A stretch of 64,000 bases of DNA from Camelus ferus (GCF_009834535.1 NC_045697.1:36458001-36522000), one strand, 5' to 3'; counted from the stretch's first letter, positions 40,467 through 55,026 are shown. A program made the numbers and translations. The notes: generated from the sequence alone by a model not told the origin.

Positions 40467-41442
40467 ACATTTCAGAAGGCAGATAGAACTATAAATTAAA
40501 ATGAAAATAATCACAAGTTCCCTCTAGGCCAGTTTGCTATGTATGTTTTCCAGGAATTGGACACACGACAGAAGTTTGCAGCAAAAATGTGATCAGATCA
40601 GTCTGGCTATTTCCATGATTCATGATGGTTAGTGGAAGGGATTATAAAACCACAGTGCTGGTGGAAGCCTCATTCTTAGTGGTTCAATGAACTAGAAAAA
40701 AATATGGTCTAGTTAATTCAACTATAATTAGATTAAACCTTTAATTAAGCTAATAAACTAGTTTTCCATTAATAAATACCATTAGTTTAATTTAAACACC
40801 ATTAATGGTATTTATTAGCAAGAAGACACCAAGGAGTCCTTTATCCATACAAAGTTTTAGCAGGAGGTACTTGGTTTGTGTAGATTGCTTATTGTAAGTA
40901 AACCTGGAGTTTATGGATTTATGGGGGATGGCTGGCTGCCTGGCTGGTGAAAGGAGAGGCAATATAGCCTTATAGGCTGTGTAATTAACAGCATATAAAG
41001 CAGAGATATTCCAAAAGCAAAATTTTGAGTACATTTTTGCATATGTTGCTCAAAAACTCAAACTCGTTGAGCTATTCCAAGCTGAAACAGAGCCTGATGT
41101 GGGATGCAGGCATTCTGTAGTCTCTGTTGCAAGACGGACGAACTATCTATAAGATTTCAGTTGTAAGTGATTTAATGAAAGCAGATCCCAGGAGAAATGA
41201 TGGCTAGAAACTCACTTCCATCATAACAGGATGCCAAGCCAAGGCTGTAGGACGCTGAATTTGAACTAGACAAGGTTTGTGTAGCTCAGATACCCATCCA
41301 TATGGAGAGGTTATGGCATTGCCTCTAATAAAAACCACAGAAGTGCAAATTGGGCTGAGTCACCACATTTAAAGGCAGGCTACAAATTACTGGCCTGAAG
41401 GAGGTATTCTGCCTAGAGATGCACTCAGCTTCATCCACGGTG

Positions 41443-41443
41443 T

Positions 41444-41475
<32 letters not shown>
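41443..41475. repeat. (GTTTT)n simple repeat
   Basis: Direct reading. Confidence 0.9.
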
Positions 41476-42028
41476 CCTGGAGTTTAATGCCGTAAGACAG
41501 GACGTGTGCTCTCTGGTCTGTCCCAACCCCCACCACTTCCTAATGTTACATGAACATCAAGTGTTTTTATGATCTTCCTGGGTCTTTCTTGAAAACACAA
41601 ACATACTAAAAATAGCAGGGGACTCATCCCTTTAATTTTCAGGCAGACTGGGAACTTCAAAAACCATAAACCAAGTAAACCTCTTGTTTCATCTGAAAGT
41701 GAATGGAAGCAGTCCTTAAACAAAATGACTGTTGGAAAAAAACATGACATCCATTTGGCTTCGACTAGAAATTAGGTCCCCGTATGAGGTCTGGTTTCAA
41801 GATCAGGTTTCAAAACTCTCCTGCACCTTCCTCTCTCCTGCTTGGATGGGAGACACCTGCTATCTCACTAGGTCTTGAAGATGGGATTTGGGGCTCTGAG
41901 TTTTACAAGACAAGTCAAACAGTGTTGACGTGATGTAGTCCAGAGAGTACACTTAGAAACATTCAAGTGTGCAGCCTTCCCACACAGCTCCCTCCTGGAG
42001 CAGTGGACATGCCCTGGCTGGGCCTCAC

Positions 42029-42163
42029 CTTGGGAGAGTTGCTCCTGTCCCCTGGCTCTGGGGACCGGCTGCCGTTGCTGTTCCAGCTGGCTTCCTGAAA
42101 GATGTCAGGACTCTGCTGCCGAACCTGGCGGGACACGACGAGGTGAACGCGCCTTTCACTGGC
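42029..42163 (-). CDS. LNX1: LNX1 exon (135 nt), [45 protein letters not shown]
   Basis: cacgcag| ... CCCAAG|gtgagg; translated by hand; end of PDZ2 plus linker. Confidence 0.95.
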
Positions 42164-43519
42164 CTGCGTGATAAGACGCCGGCGTTAGCCACTCTGAGCT
42201 CCCATCCACAGCATCCAGCACCATGGGCTCACCAACATGTGGGTTTGGTTTTACTTTTTTTTTTTTTGGTGGTGGGGGGAGGTGATTTCTGGTATTTTCC
42301 ATGGCTGTGCCCATTTTGTAATTTGGCAAGAACTTGAGAGGTATTTCCGTTATCCTTAAATCAGGTCATAAATATCACTTTGGAAGGTTTGACTCACTCA
42401 ACAGTCTTTGAAAAGACACTGTCCGACATTGCCATTTTTAATGAACGGCTCCATCGTACACAAGCCATGGATGAAGGGCTTTCCAGCTAGAACAGAGTGT
42501 GCAGGGTAAGGTAGTAGCCCCATCCAAACCCCAGACCAAAGGGCAACAGCGAAGGAGAAGAAAGGGAGTTCTTGGCAGCAATACAACCACTGCAGGAAGA
42601 GAAATCCTGCTTCTGACAGTTTCAAACATCTGGCATCAGAAATCTAAGGATGATGGCAGGTTATATAACACGGCTTGATTAAAGACCTTTGCCTTGATCC
42701 TTTTTTATGTGACCAGCACTAATTCTGATGACTAGTCCTCTCTGCTATGTACCCTGCCACTTGGACAGAGCTTTCCCAAATAGCAAATGTGCTGTTTATT
42801 AGGGAGGTTCATTCCATACTGTAAATTTACTGATTGGCTTTCTGCCACAGATGAGTTTCACTTGTGTCTGAGAGTGTGGGTCACTATTCCAAACCTGCTG
42901 ACTCCTGAGGTTCCAGATCTGCAGACCAGATAGACTAGACTTGGGACGTGGGAAACATGATACATAACAAGGCTCTCTGATGGCCCAGGATGAACTAGCT
43001 CACTGACCTCCACATCACTGTAGGAAAAGCTGACCGTGCATGAGGCATTGCTAGATTTGCTTAGAAACCAGAAAGATTAGGTGTGGGGACAAGGAAGGCA
43101 CAGAAGAGAGAAATAAGTTCTGGGGGTTCCCCTCGACATCCCATCTCCTGACCACTCAGCATCAGAGCACAGATGGACGTCTGCCTTTACAGGCATGGTC
43201 GTCAGACCATGGACAAGTCAGGTCATGAAAGGAGGCCATGGACAGCCCATGCTCTTCTCCATGAGCTCAGACAATGGGAGAGGAGATATTTACTCCCTGT
43301 CTCTCTGCGTCTTCTTTCCCACAGCACAGAACTCACTCTCATTCTCTTCTTTTAAAACCTTAAGCAATTAGAACCCCACCAATGAAATCAGATCCCCACA
43401 GTTGTCCAGCCCCAGCTTTCATGACTTTACATCCTTATATGAATAAACATCTTTTCTCTGCTGGTCATCAGTTGGGTGGTTGTAAATTAGATGAAGTTTT
43501 AAAACTGGCTGCTAAAGTG

Positions 43520-44138
43520 CATCCTGGGTAATATATTTAGAGGGAACCTTGATTTGCAAAGACACATGCTCCCCAATGTTCATAGCAGCACTGACAATAG
43601 CCAAGACATGGAAACAACCTAAATGTACACTGACAAATGACAGGATAAAGAAGTTGTGGTATATTTATACAATGGAATACTACTCAACCATAAAAAGTAA
43701 TAAAATAATGCCATTTGCAGCAACATGGATGAACCTGGAGAATGTCATTCTAAGTGAAGCCAGAAAGAAAAAGAAAAATATCATATGACATCACTTATAT
43801 GTGGAATCTCAAAAAAAGACAAACTTATTTACAAAACAGAAACAGACTCAGACATAGAGGACAGATTTATGGTTACGGGGGAAGGAGTTGGGAAGGGATA
43901 AATTGGGAGCTCAAGATTTGCAGATACTAACTAATATATAAAAAATAGATAAACAACAAGTTTATACTGTATAGGACAGAGAAATATATTCAATATCTTG
44001 TAGTAACTTATGGTGAAAAAGAATATGAAAACAAACGTATGTATGTTCCTATATGACTGAAGTATTGTGCTGTACACCAGAAATTGACACAACATTGTAA
44101 ACTGACTATACTTCAATTAAAAAAAAAGAAGAAAAAAT
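43520..44138 (+). mobile_element. Young 5'-truncated L1 (ORF2 C-terminus, 3'UTR, A-tail)
   Basis: ORF 43549..43788 KDTCSPMFIAAL-TIAKTWKQPKC...WYIYTMEYY...MPFAATWMNLENVILSE is the L1 ORF2 C-terminus. Confidence 0.93.
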
Positions 44139-46764
44139 GTCTATTGTAAACATTATGGTAGATGGTGGCCCAGGAGAGTTGATTCATTTCACCTGAGTTT
44201 AAAAAATCCTACCAAACAGGACCCCCAAAGAAAGTTTAAGTCCTTCATTCACTCTCTCCTTCGCATGAAGCCTTCTGCTCACCCGTCAGTACTCACATCC
44301 CTTCCTGTTAGTTTGCCTATCCTGAATTCCCTGGTGTTTCTCATCATATATGAAGCCTGTGTCAGAACGAAAATAACAAGCCCAGGGCACAAGAATGAAG
44401 TGAGCTGACATGAAGAAGTATTGGATTAGCCAACTAAACACAATTCTTGGAAGAGTATTTTGTAATAACTGTCTCTTTATACCGTAAGCCTCCCTTATCC
44501 AAATGAGGTTATCTCTGGGAACCTTCTAAAGCAAAAATTACTTAAAGATAAGAAGCAGCGAACATTCAAGTCAAAACTTCAACTGCTGAGCCCAGATCTG
44601 CTCCTTATCTTCAGGGAAACTCCGATGTTGTGAACAATCTCAGTGGTGGGTTTGTGTCGGTCTGCGTGTTGTACTGCGTTCATCTTGGCCCAGCAACAGC
44701 CGCTGGCCTAAGCGCCTCGTAAGAATTGAGAAAACCTGAGACTTACATAGTGAATTGACTTGCTAGGCAAAATCCCAAATGCCAAGGAGCAGTCTGGAAG
44801 AGCTGTTTAATTCACATTTTCCAGTGTGAATTTCTCACTGGATTTTCAAATGCCAACTCTGGCAGAAATAACACGCTAATAAATAACCCCGGTATCAATT
44901 TACTTGGAAATAAATTCCCTGCAAGGCTGGATCCCCCGCTCTGACTGCCACCTTATAAATTGCTCTCAGGGAGACTCTGTTTGATGCTCTTTCTTTCCTA
45001 GTGTTTGAAGTTGAAGGTGGAAAATGGGCTGCGGTGTTTGTCCTGGCTCTAACTCTCAGAAGCAGCTGGATTCAGTGTCGAGAAACAGCTCTTAGCACCG
45101 GATAGACTTTCTTTCCACCAGTGTGAATCTGGTGTGAATGTGGAGTGAGTGTGAGAAGGGGGTGGGGGTCACAAAGACTGAATGAAGGATAGAGTGGCAG
45201 GAACTTGTTTATTTCATTCCCACGTCATCTGTGCCAGGAAGACGGGGGTGGCGGATAACAAGCACTCAAAGGAAGGGCACGCTACGCAACGCAGATCACA
45301 TAGCCTCTCTTGCGTCTCTTGAGATGTAGCAATTTTGGCAAAGGATGGTTTAACAATTGTTCCCATCTCAAGTACCAGATTTGAGGTTTCCCCTTCTTTT
45401 CAAACATTCTAAATTTTGACCTAGACACATTCTGTATCTAGTGGTTACAAGTTGCATAGCCTAATTGCTGCACCGTATTCTTACTCTTCTAAGAGCCAAA
45501 GCATTAACTCCCTTGTCTCCATTCTGATGGCCTCCGAGTTCTCCCGTGTGGACTTAGCAGCCTTCTCCATCCACACACATTCGGTCCCCAGGGCTGACGG
45601 GTACCTTCCCCAGGCCAGCCTTGGGAACATGTCTCTTGCCCTCACGGAGGCTGTCCTACTTCAGGGACAGGAAGAAGCAGGTGCCAGGAAAGAGAAAAGG
45701 GTAACAATACATGAGGGGTTCCCTGAGGTGAGATCAATTACTTCTAGCTGCAAAAATAGGAAACATCTAATATTCAGAGAAAACCAGAGGGTTAAAACTA
45801 AGTAAGATTTCTCATGGAAAGGCTTGGTTTTGTTTTGTTTAATGACTTTTTCTCTGCTCTTTTGAGATTTGACTCAAAACTGCCACTGATGTGCACATGA
45901 TGGGAGTAAACAGATGTCTAGAGGGAACCAGAGTCTAACAGCCTCATTTATACGTAGCCCACTTGAAAATCATAAAATCCCATCTCTTACAGCTGGAATG
46001 AGTCAGAGTGCTGCAAGCATCTTTTTCCATCATGTTTAGCTTGGAAATGACTCTTTTCTCTACAAAATCTACTCTGGTTGATAAGAACTGCTTATGTTGT
46101 CAGGAGGCAACATAGACCAGAAACTTCACAGAAAAAAGAGATGGAAATAAAAAGATGCCACCGCACAGTGGGTCAGGAGAGGCATTTTGCAGAGCTGTAC
46201 CTTGGAACAGAGAGGGATCTTTGTACTGACCCAGCGTTGCACAGTCCACATGGTGGCTAATTAGCCAGTAATAACTAGGGCAGAGCGAGAGTTGACAGCG
46301 TGCCTGTACTTCACGGTGTGAACCTCACCTAGCCAAAGGCTCCACCTATTCATTTGTAATGAGGACTGGAATTAAAGCAAACGCATTCAAGCATTTGCTG
46401 CTTTTGAATTATATGCACGCACATGCTTACATACAACGTTTCGTAAATTGCAACTCATGTGGGTTCAGTCATTGTGTTACTTATATTAGCTTCATAAAAT
46501 GTCAAGTTAAAAAGAGTCACCACACGGACCCCAATCAACGCCGCAAATGGAAACTCCAACCTGATTGCCAGGCATCGAGATCGTGCTGCTCAGAGCAGGC
46601 AGATCATGTACATAGCACCCTTTATAACACGGTATAGGCCCACATGACTGGGTGGCCCTCTTGTTACAGAGATAAGTAAGAGCTGTAGTTGGATTTATAA
46701 TAATATAAGCTGTTGACAGAGTATGTCTCTACTTAGTGTTCCAGCATTAACATCAGAGGTCTTA

Positions 46765-46944
46765 TCCTATATAGCACATGGAACTGTATTCAATTTCTTG
46801 TAATAACATATAATGGAAAAGAATCTGAAAAGAAAATATATATGTGTTATGTATAACTGAATCGCTTTGCTTGTACACCTGAAACTAACATTATAAATCA
46901 ACTACACTTCATTAAAATTTTTTAACAATTAAAAGAAAAAAAAA
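46765..46944 (+). mobile_element. Short L1 3' end
   Basis: L1 3'UTR motifs plus A-tail; TSD ATCAGAGGTCTTA (46752-46764) / ATCAGATGTCTTA (46945-46957). Confidence 0.85.
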
Positions 46945-47179
46945 ATCAGATGTCTTAATGACCATTTCTTTAAAAAAAAAAAAATTCCCCTGCATCTGCA
47001 TTCCCCACTGGTTTCTTTTCTAAGGATCCCAGCATGAGACAGCCTGGCTTTAACCAATTTTCAATGTATACTTGTGGGGATGGTTCTTCCTGCAATTTTG
47101 GGGTTGCCCCACTTTGGCTTCCCTTCCAGCAATGGCTCCAATATCATTCTCAGTTCACCCATCTGTACTCACAAAGCCC

Positions 47180-47690
47180 CGGGGAACCATGGAGCATGGG
47201 CTCCACACTAGCTCAGAAGTCACAGACAAGACGTCAGACATCATCTACTCCAACATTTCCCCTGTAGCGCATGCTTCAATTCCCCTACAAAATCCTTGCC
47301 ATTTGTCACCCAGCTCATGCTTCAGTGCCTCTAATGACAGTAACCTCACTGTGTCCCAAGGCAGTGCAGGCCATTTTTAGACAGCACTAATTAGAAAGTT
47401 TGTCCTTAGGTGGAGGTGAACTTTGCCATTCTCTTGCTTGCCCATTGGTTCTAGTCACACCCTCTAGGGCAACTTCAAGTCAATTTCCATGCGACAGAGC
47501 TATTTGAAGATAACTCTCACTGCCCTCCCCTAGCTCTTCTCCTTTCCAGGTCAAATCATCCTGGTTTCTTCAATATTTAATATGTTTTCAAGTCACTTCA
47601 AAAACATAATGAACTCGCTCTAACAAAGTTAGTAGTGTGTGTGTATGAGAATTAGACCCAGAAGAAGACTCCTGGTCTGGACCAGTAGGG
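47180..47690 (-). mobile_element. L3/CR1 remnant
   Basis: CTCACTGTGTCCCAAGGCAG...GACAGCACTAATTAGAAAGTT resembles CR1/L3 3' region in reverse; boundaries approximate. Confidence 0.55.
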
Positions 47691-50293
47691 TAGGGACTTT
47701 TTTTTTTTTTTGATGGACCAGCTGCACCCTAGACCTCATTGGTGGAGTTCCCATTTTGCCATTTCACATATTTCACATGTGCACAGGGGTGGTCTCTGTG
47801 TCCTGCGGAGCCAAGAACTCCATAGATGTCTGTCCTCACTAGTACTGATTAATCAAAAGATGACATGAGGTTCTCAAGACCTGCTGCCAAACACAGCACA
47901 GCCGTGCTTCCTAGCGCTGAGACCACGTGCGGCACACAGAGCCCGCATGGCAATCCTGACAACAGGAAGCATCAGAACAGGGTGACCGACTGACACGCTA
48001 GAAAAATGACAAGGTCATCGACCAGTCCTGTTGACCTAGCAACATACCGCAGAGCGAGGTATAGTAACGAAGCCCTTGCCTAACGCTCCCTCTCAGGGAA
48101 CAAGAGAACTTTTGAGAAACAGAGAGACCTCTCACTGAGCAATAAGTTGGGAGCTCCAGAATGATGACTCCCGAGTGAGTTAACAGTGCACTCTGAGTTG
48201 ACGGTCCCTATGAAATGAGCTTGGTGAAAGCAAATCTGGTGTCTGTCAATTTGTTCACCATTGAGACGTTAGAGCCTGACATGCATAGAGCCTGGCACAT
48301 TTTGAAAAGTAATCGTGAGTATCTTCTGCTGGAGAGGCAACAGCTACTTCAGTGAGCTATGGGGCAACCAGAGTCTGGCCAAGGAAAAAGAAATTAAGGA
48401 GGCTTTAAGCAAAAGTGTTGAATAGGACCTCAGGATTTGATGAGGGTAGGGAGATTTGAGACAGCAATTTGATCTATTTTTCCCACTAGACTTTAGCTCA
48501 TATTTATCCTTTGTTCCCAGAAGCATATCTTTTAAGAGCTAAGAAATTAACGATGACAGTCTGACTTATACGAGGTCATACAGATGTCAGTGACAAGGTC
48601 AAAAAGAGAATTTAGTTCTTGAGTCAGCAGAATGACCCAAGCCTTCAGATATCTCTTCTTTTATGGTATCTGGAAGTTACGCTGATTAATTCTGTTTCAT
48701 GGTAAAACAAAACAAAACAAAATCATGTGTGTGGGGGACATGCGATTTGGGGAACGGTAGTGAAGTTTCAGGATTCCCCTGATATTTGCAGCACTGCTGT
48801 GTAGGAGATTGGCTCATAAAATTCTGAGTTGAAAAGCTGAACAGTTTTGCAAGTCATGCTTTAATCACGATTGCATGGAATTTGGAGCTCTGCATAAAAA
48901 TCATGTGGACTTTAAGAATTCAGGTCAAGAAGAATGTTTTAAAATCTGTGTACTGCTTAGTCCTACGTGCATTAAATTTACTCCCATGCTATGCTATGAA
49001 ATTTTGTTTAAATAGGAATTTGATTTTATATTAGCTATGCTAATCTATTAAAAAAAATACACACACATACACACACACAGAACTATCAGGTATTACTTCA
49101 TTGGCAGTTCTTCCTGGCTCCAGGGCACGAAAGTTCTGCCACAGGACTCATGAGCTGGAATCACGTATTTACAACAAATACAGGTAACGTGAGTTGTCCT
49201 TTATTTAATCTCTGGCTCTGTCTAAAGACCTATCACATTCTTTTGAAAAGTTTGAAGAACCTGGTTGTCAGTTGTTCTTTGGTGAAATAGCTTCTCATTT
49301 AAATATGAATTTATGTAAGGACAAGAATCACACATGCCGGTACTAATGAAAACCCATCTTATCACATCCTCCACAAATGGCTCTGAATTATTTCAATTTC
49401 TGTATCAAGTCTGGGAAGTCGGCTAAGGAAAAAAGGCACAACAGAGATCCTCACATTTGAAACCCACCATTACTTCCTGCATTTATTCACTGTATATATT
49501 TGAACTCCTAAATACAAAGTCACTGATTTGGAATGGCAGACAGATGAGAACATCTCAAAATCGACATAACTCTCAGCAGAAATCATTCTCAGATTAAATA
49601 TTGGGTAGCTATATGCTGAACCTCCCATTTCTGGGATGTTGAGATGTCTTTCTCCCCCTTTAGGGTCTCAATTCTTTAGTCCGTATTTCTTGGTTCTATT
49701 ATTTTCAGTATGACACCAGACAGTTCCACAAAGCTGTCTTTTTCATAGTCATTCTAGTCACGGCACTCAAAAAACTTAAACTGACAGCAGAGAAAAATAA
49801 AGTAGTACTAAGTTGCTAAATAAGGCAAAATTGCCCCATATTTGAAGCTTCTGTCTCCTTAGGGTTTCTCTTACATCTTGGGTCACACTCCTCTAACCCT
49901 GGGGTCTGACACTTAGAGCTGCTGCTGAGTAAGTCGAGGTTAAGGCCTCACAGATGTAATGATGGTCAAATTTAAAACAGTTGTGGCTTCTCTGTAACAA
50001 CTTTTCCCTGAAATAATGTAGGAAAAAAACCAGAATGTGCAGTACTGTGGGAGAAACCATGACCAAAAGGACATGTTGTCTGGGAATTCCTTTGTAAGGC
50101 AAGTGTGATTCATGGAGTGGATGCACAAGGCCAACGCAGCCAAGGATTGGTTGGAAATTTGAGTCTCAACCTTTGAAGGGAATTTAATTTAATCCCTCCA
50201 GCCTGGTGTGTGTTATGAGTATCTCATAAATAAAATCCAAGCTTGAGATTGCTTCACTGAGTTTGCCCAGCATTCTACCTTTTCCATTTCTTT

Positions 50294-50422
50294 ATCTTTG
50301 AAAAATTTTTGGTGGGGAGGTAATTAGGTTTATTTATCTAGTTAATGGCAGTACTGGGGATTGAACCCAGGACCTCATGCAGGCTAAGCATGTGCTCTAC
50401 CACTGAACTATATCCTTCCCCC
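50294..50422 (-). mobile_element. Camelid tRNA-derived SINE (vic-1-like)
   Basis: Same head as the 37888-38071 copy; TSD TCCATTTCTTT at 50283-50293 and 50423-50433. Confidence 0.9.
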
Positions 50423-51244
50423 TCCATTTCTTTTCCAACTAGCTCTGCCCAAGCTTTTTTTCTCCCACCTCATCTTCCCCTACCTATAAAGCACATTGGC
50501 TTTGTTTGGTAAGCAGAAAAATCTTTTAGGAAATCCCACTATTAGGCAAGATTTTATTTCATCAATTAACTTTCTCAGGGAAAAAATTTTTTCCTCTTCT
50601 GTTACTAATCTACAAAAGCAGAATGCCATAGGTCATCAAAATTTTTCCCAGTGACACAAATAAGGGAGTTTTTCTTTTTCCTATTGCAAAGGATAGTTGG
50701 CAGGTTTTCTCTAGAACGTGAGCTGCACTGATTGACCTACAGAGGGAGTTGACAAATGGAACACAGGAAAAAAAAATGATGGTCATCTAAGAGTCCGGTT
50801 TTTAAAGAGAAAAAAAATCATGCTTAGAGTGCAGTTTCTTCATGAAGAAAAAACCCAAGGACTCTCCCTTTCCCATGAGTTGTTTTCATAAACACTGTCT
50901 ATTTCCTGTTCTCACTCCTTGGCACACAGGCTAGAACCACCTGCTCAGCGCTGACTCGACTGTATTTGGGAGAGATGGGAACGTATTCCAAGCTCTACGA
51001 GGCCAGGACTGTGTCAGTCTTGTTCACCACAGTGCTACACACCTCTGGGCACTTAGAAGGTGCTCAGCCAGTAATAACTGAACACATTCAAGGAGGCGAA
51101 AAATAGAGATTCTACCTTGGGGACGGATAGTGTAGATGTGAATTTGGTGTTCGTTCTTTGGTAAATGGTTTGACAAAAGGATGCCTATGAGATGGAATTA
51201 ATGTGTAAATTGTATATAATCACACATTTTTATAATGTGACTAC

Positions 51245-52205
51245 ACTTATTCATGCAAATCTTTGAGTGTCTATTTCTGCCAGGCATTTCTCTAAGTGCT
51301 GAGATATAATACTCTATGGTAATAAACTATACTAGACTGCCAGGTAGTAACAAGATAATTTGCTGGTAGAAAATAAAGATTAGAGGATATGGAGCTGAGG
51401 GTGGGGAATGCTACTTTAAGTGGAATCATCAGGGAAGGCCTCTCTGAGGAGGTGACATTTGAAGAGAGAACTGAATGAAGTACAGGAGTTACACAGATAT
51501 TTGGCAGAGTCTTCCAATCAAAGGGACACCAAGAAGATCAGTCTTGACTTGAGGAAGTTCTTAGAGTGTTTGAAGAACAGCAAGAAGGCAGTGTGACTGA
51601 GCCTGGTTAAGCCAGGAGCAGGATGCCAGAAATTCTTCCCTTCATTTAAGAGATGAGGTTGGAGGGAGAACTCAAGATCAGACTGGTACAGCTCTGCAGG
51701 CCACGGTAAGGATTTGGAATTTTAACCTGTGTGTCTTGGGAAGCATCAGAGGGCGGACCGCAAGAGAATGATAGGGTGAGACTGACTTTGTAAAGTGGTC
51801 ATTCTAACTGCTGTGTGGAGAGCAGAGGTGGGGGACCAAGTTTGGAAGCAAAGAGGCCGGTTAAGAGGTTCCTGCGGTGGCCCAGACCAAAGCTGATGGT
51901 GGCCTGGCTGATGGAAGCCATGGAGATGGTGAGAGATGGACTGCAGGGAGGGGATGTGGAAAGGAGTCAAGGCTCTTTTTGGTGCAAGCAACTAGGTAAA
52001 TGGTGGCATCATTTCTACAGATGTGCAAAGACTGATGGAAGAGCAGGTCTGGTTAGGCATGGGGGCGGGAGAAGCCAAGGGTTGACTTTTGGGTATTAAA
52101 TTTGAGATGCCTTTTAGACATCCATGTGGAGATACCAAGTGGGCAGTTGAATATGAAAGTGTGGCGTTCAGAGGAGAAGCTGAGCCAGGAATATGAATTC
52201 GGGAA
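51245..52205. mobile_element. L2 LINE remnant
   Basis: CAGGGAAGGCCTCTCTGAGGAGGTGACATTTGA and TTTGAGATGCCTTTTAGACATCCATGTGGAGAT are hallmark L2 motifs. Confidence 0.85.
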
Positions 52206-54151
52206 TAGATGGCAGACACTCCAGAAGGGGAATGCCTCTTGTAACTCTGGTTTTGCTCTCCTCCTGCTTCTCAGGGCATCGCCACAGCCCTGCAGGGAAG
52301 ATGGATGTCCATTAGGTTGAGAATCACCTTGGAACTTAGACACCACCCAAAGCCTCAGCTCAGGGGCCAAAGCACCACGTGTGCTTCCTATCCTGGCAGA
52401 GAGAGGAAGCAGGGCAAGTCCCCTGCGCCCTCTGCCTCAGGCTTTCCACACCTAAAGGGACAATAATTTCATACACTACTTGGTTCTCCTCAAAAAAGAG
52501 GGCTAAGATACTACACACAATAGTGAAAAGAGCTGCCAACACCGGGAAGAAGTCCATGACGAGAACACAACGATAGGGAGATTAGTTTGCACTTAGATCG
52601 TCAAGTCCTTGAGGGCAGCCTCTGACTTCTGACTGTCATCCTTTGTGGGACTTGGCACAAGATCCAGTCAACTACTGCTGCTGACTCTTTCTCTTCTTGA
52701 GGTATTAACTCTTTAGTCATTAAGTGGGAGCTGACATGACATGTTGGGTAATTACAAATGCATCTTAAGACAAGGCCTCTAAACTCACCTCTCTCTTATC
52801 AGCTCTCCACTGCCTCTAGAAAGATCTTTCCAGAAAATTATATCACTTCCTTTCTTAAACCCTTCCAACGACACCTCATGGCCTTGGGGATAAAGTGTGA
52901 GCTCCCTAGCGTGGCTCTTAATGTCCACATGATCTGGCCCTTGCTGACCACCCCGCTTTATCTCTCGCTGTTTTTTACATGAACACCACATGAACTCCAG
53001 GTATTAACCACTTCCCTAACTGGCTTTTGGGGAAACATTCTTTTGGGTTGTTTCTCCTTAGAATGACCCTCCCTGCCTCGTCCACTTAGAGAACTTCTGC
53101 GGATTCCTTGAAGCCCCAGTTTAAGATTTTCCTCCTCTGTGAATAATTTTTAACCCCATCCAAGCAAAAAAAAAAATCTCTCCTTTGTCTGCACCAGCAC
53201 TGTACTTAATTTCTCCATTATATACTATCACACCACACAGCAGTCATTTAGAAAAAATCTACCTCCTCTACTAGAGCATAGGCTTCTTTGGGAGGGCAGC
53301 CTAAGAGATCATCACCTCCCAGTTCTCAGCACCTCACCCAGGACTAGGCAAGTGGCAAAAGTACAACACATTTTGGCTAAGTGAAGTGGATAAATGGGTG
53401 AAAGTATGAGTCCAAAACAAAGCCTGTCCCTTTTAGAATAAAGCTGGCAGCTCAGTGAACATTAGAAAAACTCATGGTGACCCAGCAAGAATCAACAAGA
53501 CGCACGCTGGTGCTTGGGAGCACCACTCCAGTCAGGAGATTGAATGAGTCTGAACTAATCTCAGGCAATCATGAACCCTACCTTGACTGAGTAATAATAA
53601 TTTTGTATGCCTCTCTTACTGGGGGGGGAGGTGCTTCCTTGGGTTCATATTTGAGATCGCATGGGTTCTCCAAAGGGGCTGGACTTAGCCATGGAGACAG
53701 GGCTCAGCCTTAGCCAATCCTATGGCAGTCTCTTGTCCACAGGATCCCTGGAGGGCACGTGGCACAGCTTCTTATGGGAGTTAGTACAACTGGATGTCTT
53801 AGATGTGTCCAGAATGTATCGGCGTGACCCCTGGGTCTGCAACTATCAGACCGTGCACAGGGATGACACAACTCGGTGTCCTTGAGTGACTTTAACCAGA
53901 TGAGGTTGCAACCCATAGCCCAGTGGGTTTACCGGCAGTCAGAATGGACAACTGGCAACATCAAGGGAATGGCCATGACCCTGAGACACATCACTTGCTC
54001 AAGTCATGTTCTTACCTGGCCCTTCACTCCTGACTCCTCGAAAGGGAGGCACTGTATGTCACATGGGGTAGGAATTGGGGTAGGTAGGTCAGGGTGATGA
54101 GCGTTCCCACCCACGCTGCCAGTTTCTGACTGGGGTCTTGGAATGACCCAC

Positions 54152-54523
54152 CTGAATCAGATGAGCTGCGCTTTCTGGGCTGCCGTACCGAAGGTCATGT
54201 CCGTTGATGGCTAACACGCGGTCGTTCTCCTCCAGCTGGCCGTGTCGGTCTGCCACCCCACCATCCAGCACGTTGAAAATAAACACCCCAGGCTCATCCA
54301 CCTTGCGCACCAGTTTTATTCCAAGCTGCTCGTCAGGGCTGCTTTTGTTAAGAATCACGTGGAAACTGTCCCCCTGGGGTCCATAGGTGTCCAGGGGCTG
54401 TCCGTCGGTCCTGGTCCGGAACTTCTGCTCCCGCAGCACGGTCAGCCGCAGCACCTGGCAGGGCTGCCGCAGGAGGCGCAGGGCGTAGTTGTGAGGCACG
54501 TTGCTGATGTCCATCCCATTGAC
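54152..54523 (-). CDS. LNX1: LNX1 exon (372 nt), end of PDZ1 and most of PDZ2
   Basis: cgcccag| [13 protein letters not shown]...QLGIKLVRK...AAHLIQ |gtgggt; ORF 54089..54604. Confidence 0.97.
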
Positions 54524-55026
54524 CTGGGCGGAGGGGAGCTCAGAATCAGGAGTGACCACGCCATCAGCTCCAACCCTTCCTAAGAGGCCCCGCCACAGAA
54601 TCACCGGGGCCCTCCCTTAAGGGCCACTCTGCTCTATCACCTTATCCTCCACCCAAATGTCCAAATATCCCCATCTTCCAACAGGACTTCTGACCCTGCT
54701 TGCCTCGAGTGTTACCTGCACACATTCCAAGTCTCCGTAGATGCCATCCTTGTTCAGCCTTGTCCCACACGTGCTCTCAAATTTATTTACACAGTCCTAA
54801 CCCTCATTTCTGTTGCTTGCTAAACTTATTTTTCAGTTGAAGGGGGAGGAAAAGGAAGAAAAAGTGGGAAAAGGCCAAAGAAGAAAGAAAATTGCCCACT
54901 GAGCTCAAATGGTCACATTAAACTGCTGTTCAAATCAAACTCAGTTGACATTTTCTTTCCAAAAATCTCCCAATGAATTTTTCTCCCTGGGTCACCCGTA
55001 CTGGAACTTCCAGGCCCCACTACTCA

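Noticed and set aside
41969..42337. Plus-strand ORFs opposite LNX1 exons (also 54242-54583, 33984-34193)
   Set aside because: GC-rich coding exons lack antisense stops; no independent coding evidence
44809..44843. Short overlapping inverted repeats (AATTCACA/TGTGAATT, TCCAGTG/CACTGGA)
   Set aside because: Arms of 7-8 bp are expected by chance in 64 kb
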